From Camelus ferus (Eukaryota): a DNA stretch of 64,000 nt. Shown in pieces: positions 50,560 through 63,161 of the stretch. Made by a program: the position numbers and the translations under genes. The stretch lies in NCBI RefSeq assembly GCF_009834535.1, contig NC_045697.1, positions 100,628,001 to 100,692,000 on the forward strand, written 5' to 3'. Below the pieces are notes generated by a model. The model was not told where the DNA came from and searched no databases. It saw nothing but the letters and a program-made list of their open reading frames with translations. Numbering within the stretch: position 1 is the stretch's first letter; each line of letters starts with the position of its first letter.

Positions 50560-53500
50560 CCCAGCATGGCGAGCTCTCTGTCCCCACAGGCCAGGGAGAC
50601 TCCCTGCTCCTGCTAGAGAAACCAGATGGCTTGGTTGTGCTTGTAGGGAGAATGGGGTGACCCAGGAGAGGGCTTTCTGCTCTGTGGGTTAGGAACCCCT
50701 CTCCCACCTGGAGACACCAGCTGGCCTGGCAGAAAGTGCGGAGAGGAGAGAACAGGGGCCACGTTATTGTGTGGGTGACACAATGGGACCAGTGGGAGTC
50801 CCGGGGGCAGCAGGTGAACCGAGCCTTCCAAATTAACGTCACGAAGATTCTGAAAACCAAACCGTCGTTGGACTCGCAGGCATACAAACATAGGTCAGAG
50901 CCCGTGCCAAGGTGCTAAGCCTGCCCAGGGTGGCCACATGCTAAAAGAGAAGATTCAAATAGGACCGGGGTCTCCTAACATAATATCCCAAATACCGGAA
51001 TACAGTGGAAAATCACTTTTCATATCAAGAAGCAGGAAAAAAATCACAACTTCAAGGAGAAGAGACTCTGAAACAGGCTCTGAAACTGAGATGGATCAGA
51101 TGCTGGAATTATTTGACAAGGATTTTAAAGCAGCCATCAGGAAGATGTGCCAGCAAGCAATTACGAATACAACTGGAAAGCAAAATAGAAAGTCTTAGCA
51201 AAGAAATACAATATGTAAAAGGAACCGAATGGAAATTACAGAACTAAAAAAGACAATCACTGAAATATAAAACAAACTGAAGAGGCTCATTAGAATGATT
51301 ATGACAGAGGAAAGACAGTCAGCTTGAGGATAGAACAAGGGAGAAAAAACAGACTGAAAAAAAAGTACATAAAGCCTCAGGGATCTTTGGGACAATAAAA
51401 GCTCCAGCATTCCTAGCATTAGCATCCCAGAAGGAGAGGAGGAAAAGAATACAAATAAAAGACAGAGAGGCTGGCCAAATTGAGAACAAAATGCAAACCA
51501 ACTTTATGCTGCCTACAAGGAATTCATTTCAAAATATATAATGACAAAGGTTGGTTGAAAAGAAGAGAGAAGAATGTGCCATGTTGTATTAGTACCCCCC
51601 CCCAAATTCATGCCCACCAAGAACCTCAGAATGGGATCTTATTTGGAAATGGGTGTCTTTGCAAATATAATTGGTCAAGGTGAGCTTATACTGGGGTAGG
51701 GGGGGTTGGGCCTAAATCTAATGACTAGTGTCCTCATAAGAAGAGGACAGGACACACGGGCACTCACAGGGAAGAAGGGCCTGTGGAAACGGACGCAGCT
51801 ACAAGCCAACGAAGGCCAGGCATCACCAGGGGCTGCAGGGGGTTTGAGAGACCTAAGGAAGGACAGTTCTCTAGAGCCTCCAGAGGGAGTGGGCCCAGGT
51901 GACTCCTTGGCTTTGAACTGTAGGAGAATAGACTGTAGTTGTCTGAAGACACCCACTTTGGGATCCTTTGCTACAGTGGCTCTAGGAAGCTGAGACACAC
52001 GGACACGATAATTTTGAAAATCAGAAGTGGCTCTATTCATAGCCGATCATGTCGACTTCACAGCAAATAAAATTATTAGAGTCCAAAGGGACATTACGTC
52101 ATGGTAAAAGATGAATCCACCAGGAAAACATAAATGATCTTAAATGCGTACCCACCACACAGCAGCGCCTCAAATGCAGGAAGCAAAAACTAGTAAGACT
52201 GAAAGGAGAAACAGGTGAATCCACAAATACAGTTGAGGACTTTATCACCTCCTCAGTAATGAATAGAACTACCAGCCAGAAAATCAGAAAGGGTGTAGAA
52301 GCACTGGACAACACAATCCATCAACAATGTCTAATTTCCATAGATAACACTTCACCAACAACAGTGAATAAATGCTTTTTCAGGTGTCTTTCATCAAGAC
52401 TGGACAGATCTTGGGCCATAAAACAAACTCCAACAAATTTATGAGAACTGAAATCATGCAGAACATGTTATTTAATCACAGTGGAATCAAAGAAAAGTCA
52501 AATTGCATAAATGCAACAGGAAAATCTCCAAATACTTGCAAATTAAGTGATACCCTTATAAATATTCCCTAGGAAAAGAGTAAGTCTCAAAGGATATTTT
52601 AAAAAATACATAGAACTGAATGAAAACGAAAAAACAACATATGAAGATTTGTGGGATTTAGCTAAAGCTTTGCTGAGTGGGAAGTTTATAAAATGAAATG
52701 GTTACATTAGAAAAGAGAGAAGATCTCAGATCACCAATCTAAGTTATTGCCTCAAGAAACTGGAAGAAGAAGAGCCAAATAAACCCAAAACTTGCAGAAG
52801 GAAGGAAGCAATAAAGATAAGAATAAAAATTAATGAAATTGAAATCAAGAAAACAATAGAGAGAAATCAATGAAACATAAAGCTCATTATTTGGGGAAAA
52901 AAATCAATAAAGTTGATAAACCTCTAGCAAACCTGACTCAGACAGAAGAGATGACACGTGCCATTAGTATCAGGACTGAAATTGAGGTCTGTGACTCCAG
53001 AACTTACAACCATTAAAAGGATGATAAAGAAAATCTACGAACAACTTTACTCTTGTAAATTTGATAATTTAGAGGAAATGGAGCAATTCCTCAAAAACCA
53101 GAAACTACCAAAATGTAACACAGATGAAGTAGATAATCCAAAAACTCCTATAATCACTAAAGACCTTGAATCCACCATATTATAAACTCCCAAGAAAGAA
53201 TCTTCAGGACAGCTGGTTTCACTGGAGCATTCTACCAAACATTTAAAGAAGAGTTAACATGAGTTTCACACATTCTCTTTTAAAAACAGAAGAATAGAGA
53301 ACACTTTCCAACTCATTGTTGGAGGCAGGTGTTACCCTGAAGGTAAAAGCCAGAGAAAGACAGGACCAAAAAAGAAAGCTACAAATACCGCTAATGAACT
53401 TAGATGCAGAAATTCTCCACAACATTAGCAAATCAAATCCACCAGTGCACTGAAAGAATTATACACCATGAACAAGTGGATTTTGTTCCAGGTGTGCAAG

Positions 53501-55435
53501 ACCTGTTCAGTATTTGAAAGTCAATCAATGTAATCCACCAAATCTACAGGCTGAAGTAGGTAATCATATGAGCATATCAATTATGCAGAAAAAACATTTT
53601 AAATATGCAGCATCTATTCATACTAAAATTTCTCAGCAAACAAGGGCTAGAGGGGAACTTCTTCGGCTTGATATTGAGGATGCACAAAAAACCTAGAGCT
53701 GACATCATACTTAATGGGAAAAGACTGAATGCTTTTCCCCTAAAATTGGAAACAAGGCAAGGATGCCTTCTCTCATCACCCTTATTCAACATACTATTGG
53801 AACTTTAGCTCAATTGGCAAGGCAAGAAAAAAGAAATAAAAGGCTTAAGGCAAGAAAAATAAATCATAGGTATGCAGATTAGAAAGGAAGAAATTATAAA
53901 TCACCTTAAGTGTTTTTTGGGAGAAGGTACCAATAAATGGTTATATTTTACTTAAAGAATGAAAATTAAAACCATGATGACATATCACAGTGCACCTATA
54001 AAAATATTTAAAATGAAAGGTATCAGTAATACCAAATGCTGGCAAGGATGTGGAGGAACTGAATCACTTATGTATTGCTGGTGAGAATGTAAAATTGTAC
54101 GGCTGCTCTAAATAGTTTGGCTGTTTCTTACAATACAAAGCATGCATTTGACATATGATCTAACAGTTGCACTCTTGAACATTTATATCAGAGAAATGAA
54201 AACTTGTATTCACACAAAAACATGCCCATGAATGTTCATAGAACTTTATTTATAATAACTAAAAACTAGAAATAACTCACATGTCCTCCAACAGTGAAGC
54301 TTGGGTACATTATATCACACAATCATACTGAGCAATAATAAGGAACAAATTACTGATACTCACAACAAGTTGTAGGGATCTCCGCAGTGTTGTGCTGTGT
54401 GGACAAAAAACCAGTCTGGATTAAACAAAACTGTAGTATGTCCATAAAATGGTGTATTACTCAGTGATAAAAAGGAATGAGCTATTTAGCCATGAAAAGA
54501 TTTGGAGGAACCTTGAAAGCATATCGCTAGGTGAAAGAAGCCAATCAAAAAAGGCTACATACTCTGTGATTCCAACTGTATGACCTTCTGAAAATCATTA
54601 GTGGTTTCCAGGTGTAAGGGGAGGGGGAAGGGAGAAAAGATGAAGCACAGGTGATTTTTTTAGGGCAGTGAAACTGTTCCGTATGTTACTATGATGGTCG
54701 ATGCATGTCATTACACATTTGTTAAAAAATGTGCATGTTCAACACCAAGAGTGAACCCTAATGTAATCTATAGACTTTAGTTGAAAATGTATCAATATTA
54801 ACTTATCATTTGTGATAGATGTCCCATACTAAAGCAAGATATTAATAATAAGGGAAACCTGAAGCGGGGGCAAGGGGACGTTGGGAACTTTCTGTACTTT
54901 CTGCTCGTGTTCTGTAAACCTACAATTACTTAAAAGTAGTCTATTTTTTCAAAAAGCCAGTTTTGCAAGGTTACATACTGTATGATTCCTTTTATAGAAC
55001 ATTCTCAGAATGATATCATAGGGATGGAGAGCAGAGAAGTGGTTGCCAGGGATTAGAAGGATGAGGGGTAGGGGGGAGTGTTTCAGGAGGAAGGTGATTT
55101 GGGGGATGAAAGTGTAGCAAGAGGATTCTTATGGGATGGGACTGTTCTGTATCTTAACTGTGGGAGTGGTTACATGGATTTACACATCTGATGAAATTGT
55201 GTAGAGCTATACACGCACGCGTGCACACACACACTAGTGATGTAAAATGGTGAAATCTGAACAAAGTGGGTGGGTCATATCCATGTCAGTTTCCCGGTTG
55301 TGATGTTGCACTGTGTTATGCAGGACATCATTACTAGGGCAGATCTTGAAGGAGTACACAGGACCTCTCTGTATTTTCTTTTATATTTCCATATGAATCT
55401 AAATTATCCCAAAATAAGGAATTCAATTTAAAAAG
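50560..55435 (+). mobile_element. Degenerate, internally deleted L1 (L1MC/MD-like) filling IL15 intron 5
   Basis: ORF1-like (MLELFDKDFKAAI), endonuclease- and RT-like (ADIILNGKRLNAFPLKLETRQGCLLSSPLFNILLE) fragments in order, then 3'UTR; many stops and frameshifts. Confidence 0.85.
51583..51999 (+). mobile_element. MaLR LTR (MLT1B/C-like) nested in the L1
   Basis: ccccaaattcatg..gaacctcagaatgggatcttatttggaaatggg..ctagagcctccagagggag..ttgctacagtggctctaggaagct. Confidence 0.8.
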
Positions 55436-55522
55436 CATAATTGAATGTTTTCAGTGGGTTGTTGTTACTGCATCTATAGCAAAGCATAGTTTTTCATATT
55501 ACCTAATTTTGTTCCCTTTCAG

Positions 55523-55567
55523 TCTATACATATGGATGCCACTTTATATACTGAAAGTGATGCTCAT
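55523..55567 (+). CDS. IL15: Interleukin-15 coding exon 4 (exon 6): SIHMDATLYTESDAH
   Basis: ccctttcag|TCTATA...GCTCAT|gtgagt; 45 nt; hallmark DATLYTESD motif. Confidence 0.98.
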
Positions 55568-57526
55568 GTGAGTATAGTTTATTTTCAATATTGTTATTAT
55601 TTTCCAGTGTTCAAAAGCATAAGAAGTATATTTTCTTAAGTTTACTGAAATAGTGTAGTTTTTAAATCTAACTTTTGGTGTGTTCTTACAACATACGGTC
55701 AAGGAATTTTATATGTAATTATTGAGGTTATGGGACATGGGGACAAAGAGCTACGTAGATGCTGTTTTCATTATAGCATCATTGCCAAATCAAAAATATA
55801 AAAAAGCTTTTTCCATCAGTGTCAAACAAAATGTATACATCTCTGTGATGCAATTAGATCACGATGCAATTAAATGCAAGAATCAAGTTAACTCATTCAG
55901 TTTAAAAGTATTCAACATATCGGTTGTTTCCAGTGCTGTAGCATATTACTTTTAATCATATTTTCTACAAATTACTTGAATGCACTCATGCTCTACATTT
56001 TGCCTGAATTTCTACAATTGTCAGAAAAGGGTTTTGACTGGTTAGTCTCTATGTGAGAAAAGAAACAAACAAGACCAACAGAAACTACCCGAATTCAAAA
56101 ATGATCTTGAATTTGTTTCATTAATATGCTGACATTGCCTAAAGCATGCAGGATTTCAGTCCTATTGCTAGTCCTTTCCTTCTGGATTAGTTACTAAAGA
56201 CCAAGGAACAAATCCCTGACTTCTTCACCTCTTGGAAAACAAACTTTATGTTGTGTGCATTCAGGACAGAGTCCTTGCTCTGTTACTCCTCAGTTAGAAT
56301 TTCTCTTAAATAGAAGGTTTTGCTCTACCAAGACTTTCTGAGCATTGGAAAGAAGCCACAGCCAGAAATTAGAAAAAAACAGATATCCATCATCCACTTA
56401 GACAGTGCTGCTCCACGTCGAAAGTGTCTCCCTCTTTTGGCGTCAACATGTCTTCCACTTTTTCTTTGCATTTTCTTCAAAGTAGAAAGCAATCAATTAA
56501 CCACCAACACTCACAACCCTGAGACTGCTTTTCTGCAAGAAGATAACTTTGCAACGTGTGGGTCATAGAAAGAAGCTGAGCTTGAAATTTAGATGTAAAC
56601 CCTGACTCAGCCACTTCCTAGCTTTGTTACCTTGGAAGACACTAAATATTTCTGAGCCCCAGTTTTATGATTTATTTTACTGTATTTATTTCTTATTTAA
56701 TTACCGACATGGGGACGGTATTCACCCTTTCAGTCTGGAGCAGCTCCTGTGGGGGGGAAGGAGTGTTGCCACAGCCAGGCACGTGGGTGTGTTCCTTCCT
56801 CCATTCATTCAGTGAGCACTCGCTAAGCGCCTGTGGAGTCTCAGACACTGTGCACGCACCGCGTTGAGAACAGAAAATCAGACACGTCCTGGTTAAATCC
56901 CCACATGCTCATTAAGTGCTTCTTTTAAGTTTAGAGTTTTTGTTAATCATTGTGGAAGAGTATTTTTGTGGTAAAATGTCCCTTTCTGATAGGGCCAACC
57001 TGTGCCATACTTCTGCTTTGATATTTCCAAGAAATTTCTTGGAATCACGTTCGCCTCTGGCACTTTGGAATTTGCAGGGGTCGTATGATTAGCAGCTACC
57101 ACTTAAAAAATGTTAACGATACAATCAGAGTCTAAAAAATTCTTCCTTATGGGCCATCTATGTTAATATTTTGAGAGTCTCGGGCCAGTACTGTCACCCT
57201 TTGACACAGAGGAAATGTGCTTAGTGAGGAAAAAGTGGCCTATTATTTCCATGTTTTCTAGTTTTGTGCTCTTTCTTCTGCACAATATCACCATCCTTCC
57301 CCATTGTTTTGTTAATCAGTTTTTGGTTTTGATTTTGATATCAAAGCTCAAAGAGAAAACGAAATATCAAGCTGCTTCCTGTATAAAACTTCTTAAAGGT
57401 GCTATGTTTCTTCCTAAAATAGTTTGATTGACTTTTTTAAAAAATCAAAACTGCATCTGTGTGAAACTGAATAACGGGGAAATAATCTTTTTTTTTCAAA
57501 ATAGTTCTTTGTGACTCTGTTTTTAG

Positions 57527-57664
57527 CCCAGTTGCAAAGTAACAGCGATGAAGTGCTTTCTCCTGGAGTTACACGTTATTTCGCAGGAGTCCAGGGATAT
57601 GGACATTACTGACACAGTAGAAAACCTTCTCATCCTCGCAAACAGCAGTTTGTCTTCTATAGAG
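57527..57664 (+). CDS. IL15: Interleukin-15 coding exon 5 (exon 7): [46 protein letters not shown]
   Basis: gtttttag|CCCAGT...ATAGAG|gtgagt; 138 nt; contains Cys35 and Cys42 of the mature protein. Confidence 0.98.
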
Positions 57665-59639
57665 GTGAGTTATGCCAACATTGTACAGAGCCCCGTTGGA
57701 TGTTCTTGGCCTGATTGGGAGAAATCATTAGCTGGGTGTAACAGACAGGGAGACCCTCTGAAGAGGCACTCGGGTGAGGGGGTTAATTCCAGCCAAGTGG
57801 CATCCAAAAGTGGCACCATCTCTTGCGTGCCCACACTCCTGGACTTTTTTTGATTGATTTATCTGTTCAACACACTTTGCCTGCCTGCTCTGGGCTGTGT
57901 GCCGCGGTGCTGGAACGACAGGGGTGAACCAGACGGTCAGGTGACTGATCTCAAGGGGTTGATCGCCAGGTGCAGTGGGGGGACGTCAGTTACACCATCA
58001 CTGAGCATCCACAGTTGCTGGGGTGTTACTCTGAGCCACACCCTGGTCTTCCAGGTGATTTGTGGAACTCTCACAATAAATCTGTGACTGAGTTATTGTT
58101 TCTGTTTTAAGGTTGAAGAGATTGGGGCACTGGGAGCTTGAATGTCTTCCTCCAATTCACACAGCTAGTAAAATGAGGAGCCAGGGGTCTCCCAGCCATT
58201 TCATTCCAGAGTCTGTCTTCTTATATACTGAGAAGGTACATGCTGCAAAAGGATAATAATGAAAATAGGAGTAATTGGAGATTATTTGGGCCATCTCAGG
58301 CAACATGAACAGTCTAGGGCTCCAGGCACGCAAATATGAGGGACCCCCCGGCAGGAGGGACCCCCCGGCAGGTGGGGCATCAGTGTATAAAGGCCCTGAG
58401 ACTGGAGGATCATGGCTTTCGTGGCAAAACACTAGTGGCCAAAGCAAAGTGGACAGAAAATGTTTTACAAACAAAGAAGGCATCATAATAATTCATTAAC
58501 AAGTCCTTAGGCTGCACTGAAGGCCCTCAGGATAACAGAAGTGAAAAAAACCACACGTGGTTCCAGCTCCTACAAAAGGAAGAAGCATGTAGAAACCAAT
58601 CAATAAGCAAATGAATAATAAGCCAGGTATTTATTAAGTCCAGTGGCCAAAGAAAGAGGCAGGTAAGGGGGCTGGGGCGCTACTGTAGAGAAGGTTTACC
58701 TACTAAGCTCACATTTAGCGAAGACGTGAGGGAACAAGCCTTCAGGATGGGGGGGGACGTCGTCCAGGCAGAGACCCAACTGAGAGAGCAGAGCCTCTGA
58801 GCTGGTGTGGCTGGACACCTGGGTTTCCCTGAAAATGCCAGGCTGCTTTGGGTCTTTGCTTAAACGTCACCTTGTCAGTGATGTCACCTCTTCACAGTTG
58901 CAGTCCCACCCCCTCATCAGCATGTCCTGTCCCCTTCTCTGCACATCTCACTGTCTGACATGCTACATATTTTACCTGATGGACATTGTCTACCTTTTCC
59001 TAATAGAATGTCGGCTTCAAAGGGGCAGGTATTTGGGGTTCTTTATAGCACCGTTTTCAAACTCCCAGAATAATGCTGGCATATACTCAATACTTGATCT
59101 ATTTCTGAAATGAATGGATTAATGTTCAAAATACTCTTGGGATATGTTATCTCTCTGTGACTGAAAGACTGAGCCATGCAACAGATAACTCATGGCAGTG
59201 TCAGTAATGGGGGGCTCTTAGTGAGCATTTTCATAGTCATCCTCATCATGACATATTGTGACACATGCAGCAGAAGGATGGGCAGGACTGCACAGTCAGA
59301 AGACCTGGACACGGGGAATTTCACCAATTATGTCAACTGAGATGAGTCATTTGACATCTCTGCCTTCCATTCTGACATGATTATTGCCAGGATCAAATAG
59401 GACAGCATTATATGGAATATGCCAGTGCCTGGCATGGAGTACATGCTTGATAAATCTTGGTGAATCTGAATTTCAAACACTTAACGGATGGAAAATCTAA
59501 TTTTGATTTTTGCTGGTACAGCTTTCATGGTTCAGATGATCTCTGGAAAATTTATTTTTGATGACTGTATTTGGAATATTCAAGTTATCCATGAAACTGT
59601 GTTTGGATTACAGCAATTTGTGGTATTCACCCAAATAGT

Positions 59640-60230
59640 TCAGTTCAACCAATAATGAGTGGGTGAATATATGTGCCAAGCCTTATGCTAACTGCTAGGG
59701 AAGCAAAAATACATAGCTTTGCACTCTTGGAAAAGCCTAGAGAATAGTGGTATGGAAAGCATAAAACTCCATAATATCAATATAATGCGTGATGCAACAT
59801 GAGAGAGAGTCTAAACAAAGGCTTCTGAGAATGTAGAGACAGGACATTTAGTCCAGCCCTGGGAGCTCCCAGGTTCAGAAGAGCCTTCCTAATGGAGACA
59901 GCACCTGAGTAATCTTAAGCGTGAGTAGGAATAGCTAAACTAGAAGTGTGGAGCAGGCAGAGAGAAAGACAAAGGCAGTGAGGCATCTAATAGCCTGATG
60001 TGTGCATGGGGGCTACAGTCATGAGCCCAGAGTTCCCAAAGCATAACTGTTGAGCACAGTCATGAGCCCAGAGTTCCCAAAGCATAACTGTTGAGGTAGT
60101 GGGAAAGGTGAAGGAGGCAGGTAAGGCACAACGCAAGCCTGTGTGCAGTGCAGGGAGGCATGGACTTCATGCTGGGGTAGGTGACCAGAACCCACTGAAG
60201 GGCTCTAAGCAGGAAGTTCACGGTCTGATA
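59640..60230 (-). mobile_element. L2 LINE remnant
   Basis: ttcaaccaataat..tgtgccaagc..gagccttcctaatggagacagcacctgag..cactgaagggctctaagcagg. Confidence 0.6.
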
Positions 60231-60448
60231 GACATGCTTATTTTTTTTCAATGTCCTGAATCCACTCTAGGGAAAATCAGCCAGTACCAAATCTCCCAGT
60301 TCTCTTTCCCCTAGTTCTTCCTAATATGATATTAATTTGCCAAAATTTCTGTGGCTCAAGACCTCACCCTATGGTTCAAATGATGTAATATTCACAGGAA
60401 AGGCATATTTTAGTCTTTCCAATCTCATCTTTTCTTTTTACTTGGCAG

Positions 60449-60559
60449 CATAAAACTGAATTGGGATGCAAAGAATGTGAGGAGCTGGAGGAAAAAAACA
60501 TTCACGAATTTTTGAAGAGTTTTGTACATATTGTGCAAATGTTCATCAACCCTTCTTGA
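60449..60559 (+). CDS. IL15: Interleukin-15 last coding exon (exon 8): [36 protein letters not shown]
   Basis: ttacttggcag|CATAAA...CCTTCTTGA; 111 nt including stop. Spliced total is 489 nt = 162 aa. Confidence 0.98.
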   Translation, partial: HKTELGCKECEELEEKNIHEFLKSFVHIVQMFINPS

Positions 60560-60860
60560 TTGCGGCTGATCCTTTTCAGCATTTCTATTATTAACAAGCA
60601 TCTTCCCACTGCTTAGAGGCAACAAAACACTCAGCGTTTCCAATATGCTGCCAAAACAAGCTCTTCTAGCAAGAAAACGATCGAGAGCTTGGATCAGGAC
60701 TCTTAGAAATGAAGGCAGAAAGATGGCATTGCGTAACCTGACGTCTATGAACTGTCTTTGGACTTACTTTGTTCATATGTTTAATTTATTATTAAAGTTG
60801 TACATATTTGTAGCATAATGTAAAATGTTGAATAAAACTGTGTACATATTTTATCCTTTG
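60560..60860 (+). other. IL15: IL15 proximal 3'UTR with AU-rich segment
   Basis: Follows the stop codon; ATTTA at 60784-88 in a U/A-rich tract; the end is approximated from the poly(A) signal. Confidence 0.75.
60831..60836 (+). terminator. Polyadenylation signal AATAAA (proximal) of IL15
   Basis: AATAAA 272 nt after the stop, with upstream TGTA motifs (tgtacat, tgtagc, tgtaaa) and downstream U-rich sequence. Confidence 0.7.
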
Positions 60861-62149
60861 AAATTGCAGTGATATTTTTACCTCTTGTAAGAAAGTAGGG
60901 AGTGTTTGGTTTAAGGGTGATAGTCAAATTATTTAACAACCAGTGGGGCTGGGCACCAGTACTGTAGGTAAAGTGTATGCCCCAGGCGGTGTGGAACAGC
61001 GCCTACCAGCCTTCCTTTGCTTCTCCGTTTGGCGTAGCACTTGGAGGAAGAATTGACTACCAGCAAGAAAGGAGCTACTAGGTGTGAAATTTAGTTACTG
61101 ATACGTAAAGCACTTGTTACGAAAGAGAATTTGCAAGTACCTGACATAGAATATGCATCAATCAGGCCATCTTAGGTGGCATTGGCAATAATAAACCTTC
61201 ACTGATAGACGGAATTGTGGATCAAAAAGTAATGGTTGCAATCATGTTTATATTTCATGCTTTCCCAAGTACAAGTATTTTATTTTTCAACATTGTTTTT
61301 GCCGTGTTTCTATAATAATAATTTTTAAAATCTGCTGATCAGTTAGAGAAGAGCTAACATGATCTGGCATAAAATCATTGTTTTTACTTTTTTTAATATA
61401 CTGTCTAAAATTTGCAAGCTCTCTTTTTAATGGAAGTGACCAAAATGAAATACTCTCATCTCATCACAAATTTTTTTCACTCAGCTCACTTCTGGCAGTC
61501 TTTGCTGAGAGACCTGTAGGGTAGGAATTGATTTCCTAAGAATTCAGTTTCTCTCCATGTCACTGTACAAACGATTCCTCTCTTGACACATTCTTTAATA
61601 GTCCGGTGCCCCATCCATGCTCACGTATCTCATCCCTCTAGTCAATGTGTGCTTAAGGTTTTGTTTCAAGATAGTTTTAGAGAAATTTGTATTCCATTTG
61701 ACTTCCAAAGAGTCATGTGTTAGCTCTCAGTCGATTGCCTGATCTCAATACAGTCCAATAGTATTTGGCAGCTGTTGGAATTATGGCAGTTTTATAAAAG
61801 AATTTCATCTGAAATGGATTTTTTGACAATGCAGTTGTTTTGTTTATTGTATCAGAAAGTATTAAGCAGAAGTTTTAGAAGTTAAAATACAGATTTTTTG
61901 ATAAATAATTTATGAGAGGGCAAATGATTGTAATATGTCAAGGAAATTTTACTATATGCATTAAACCCAAATACATTACAGGAATTCTGTTTTTACTTTA
62001 GCCTTTCTTGAAGTAAATAATAATGCTCAAAATATGATAGTCTATTTCTCTGAGATAAAAAAAATAGTCTAGAGGTAATGATGGCGTTTGTAAAACACAG
62101 TCATGATCATGCCTCCACTCTTTTCTTTTGTTTCTTGTGATACAGCATT

Positions 62150-62490
62150 TTGGTTTGAGACTTAGATGAAGATAGGAAGTGTGCTTATCAAATTTATAGA
62201 TTATGCAAAATATGTAACAGAATGAAGATTTACAATTCCCTCAGACTCGAAGGAAATGCCGGTGTAACAAGACGAAAATCGGTAAGGATACACAGAGAGT
62301 TCTGTACTTGGACCACCATAATGAACTGCACAAGGGAAGAATAAGGAAGATGCAGCTGGATTCAGCAAAAAAAGATTTTAGGATATTTATGCACCAGTAA
62401 ATGCATCAGTATAAGTTGACGGTTTGATGTGACTATTAAAAAGGCAATTGCAATTGTTGGCTACTTTAAAATAAATTTATTACCTAGGTC
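62150..62490 (+). mobile_element. L3/CR1 LINE remnant
   Basis: tgcttatcaaattt..gttctgtacttgga..aaaagattttagg..gtttgatgtgact..aaaaggcaattgcaat resembles CR1 RT C-terminal DNA. Confidence 0.55.
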
Positions 62491-62559
62491 AGTATTTTTT
62501 AAGTGTGGCTGATGGCATCAAAATCACCTGGAAATTTTTTGGGTTTTTTTGATTTTTAC

Positions 62560-63114
62560 AGTTTTATTGTGAAACAGTTGGCATACATCGCTGTGTAAGT
62601 TTAAGACACACAGCAGGAGGTTTGATTTACTTATATTGTGAAATGATTACCACAGTAGGTTTAGCTAAGATCATCTCATACAGATACAATAAAAAGAAAA
62701 GAAAGAAAAAACCAGGAAGTAATTTTCTCCTTGAGATGAGAACTTAACGGGATTTACTCTCTTAACAACTATCCTGTGTATCATAGAGCGATGTTAGCAA
62801 TAATCTTCATGTCCTCCATTACATCCCTCGTGCTTTTTTATCTCCTAACTGGAAGTTTGTACCTTTTGACCACGTTCCTCCAATTCCCCTCTTCCTACTC
62901 TGTCTTTGGTAACTGTTGAGTCTGATCTCCTTTTTCTTTTTTAATGAGTGTTTTGTTTTGTTTTATATATTTCTTTAGATTTCACATAGAGGTGAGCTCA
63001 TACAGTATTTGTCTTTCTCTATCTGACTTATTTCACTTAGCATAATGCCTTCGGGTTAATCCATGTCGTTACAAATGGTGAGATTTACTCATTTTTATGG
63101 CAAAATAATATTTC

Positions 63115-63161
<47 letters not shown>

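Noticed and set aside
50938..53808. Several ORFs with L1 ORF1/ORF2 similarity
   Set aside because: Short, frameshifted remnants of a dead L1, not a functional reverse transcriptase gene.
57665..57853. ORF running from exon 7 into intron 7 as a novel C-terminus
   Set aside because: A strong GAG|gtgagt donor is present, there is no sign of retention, and the product would lack helix D.
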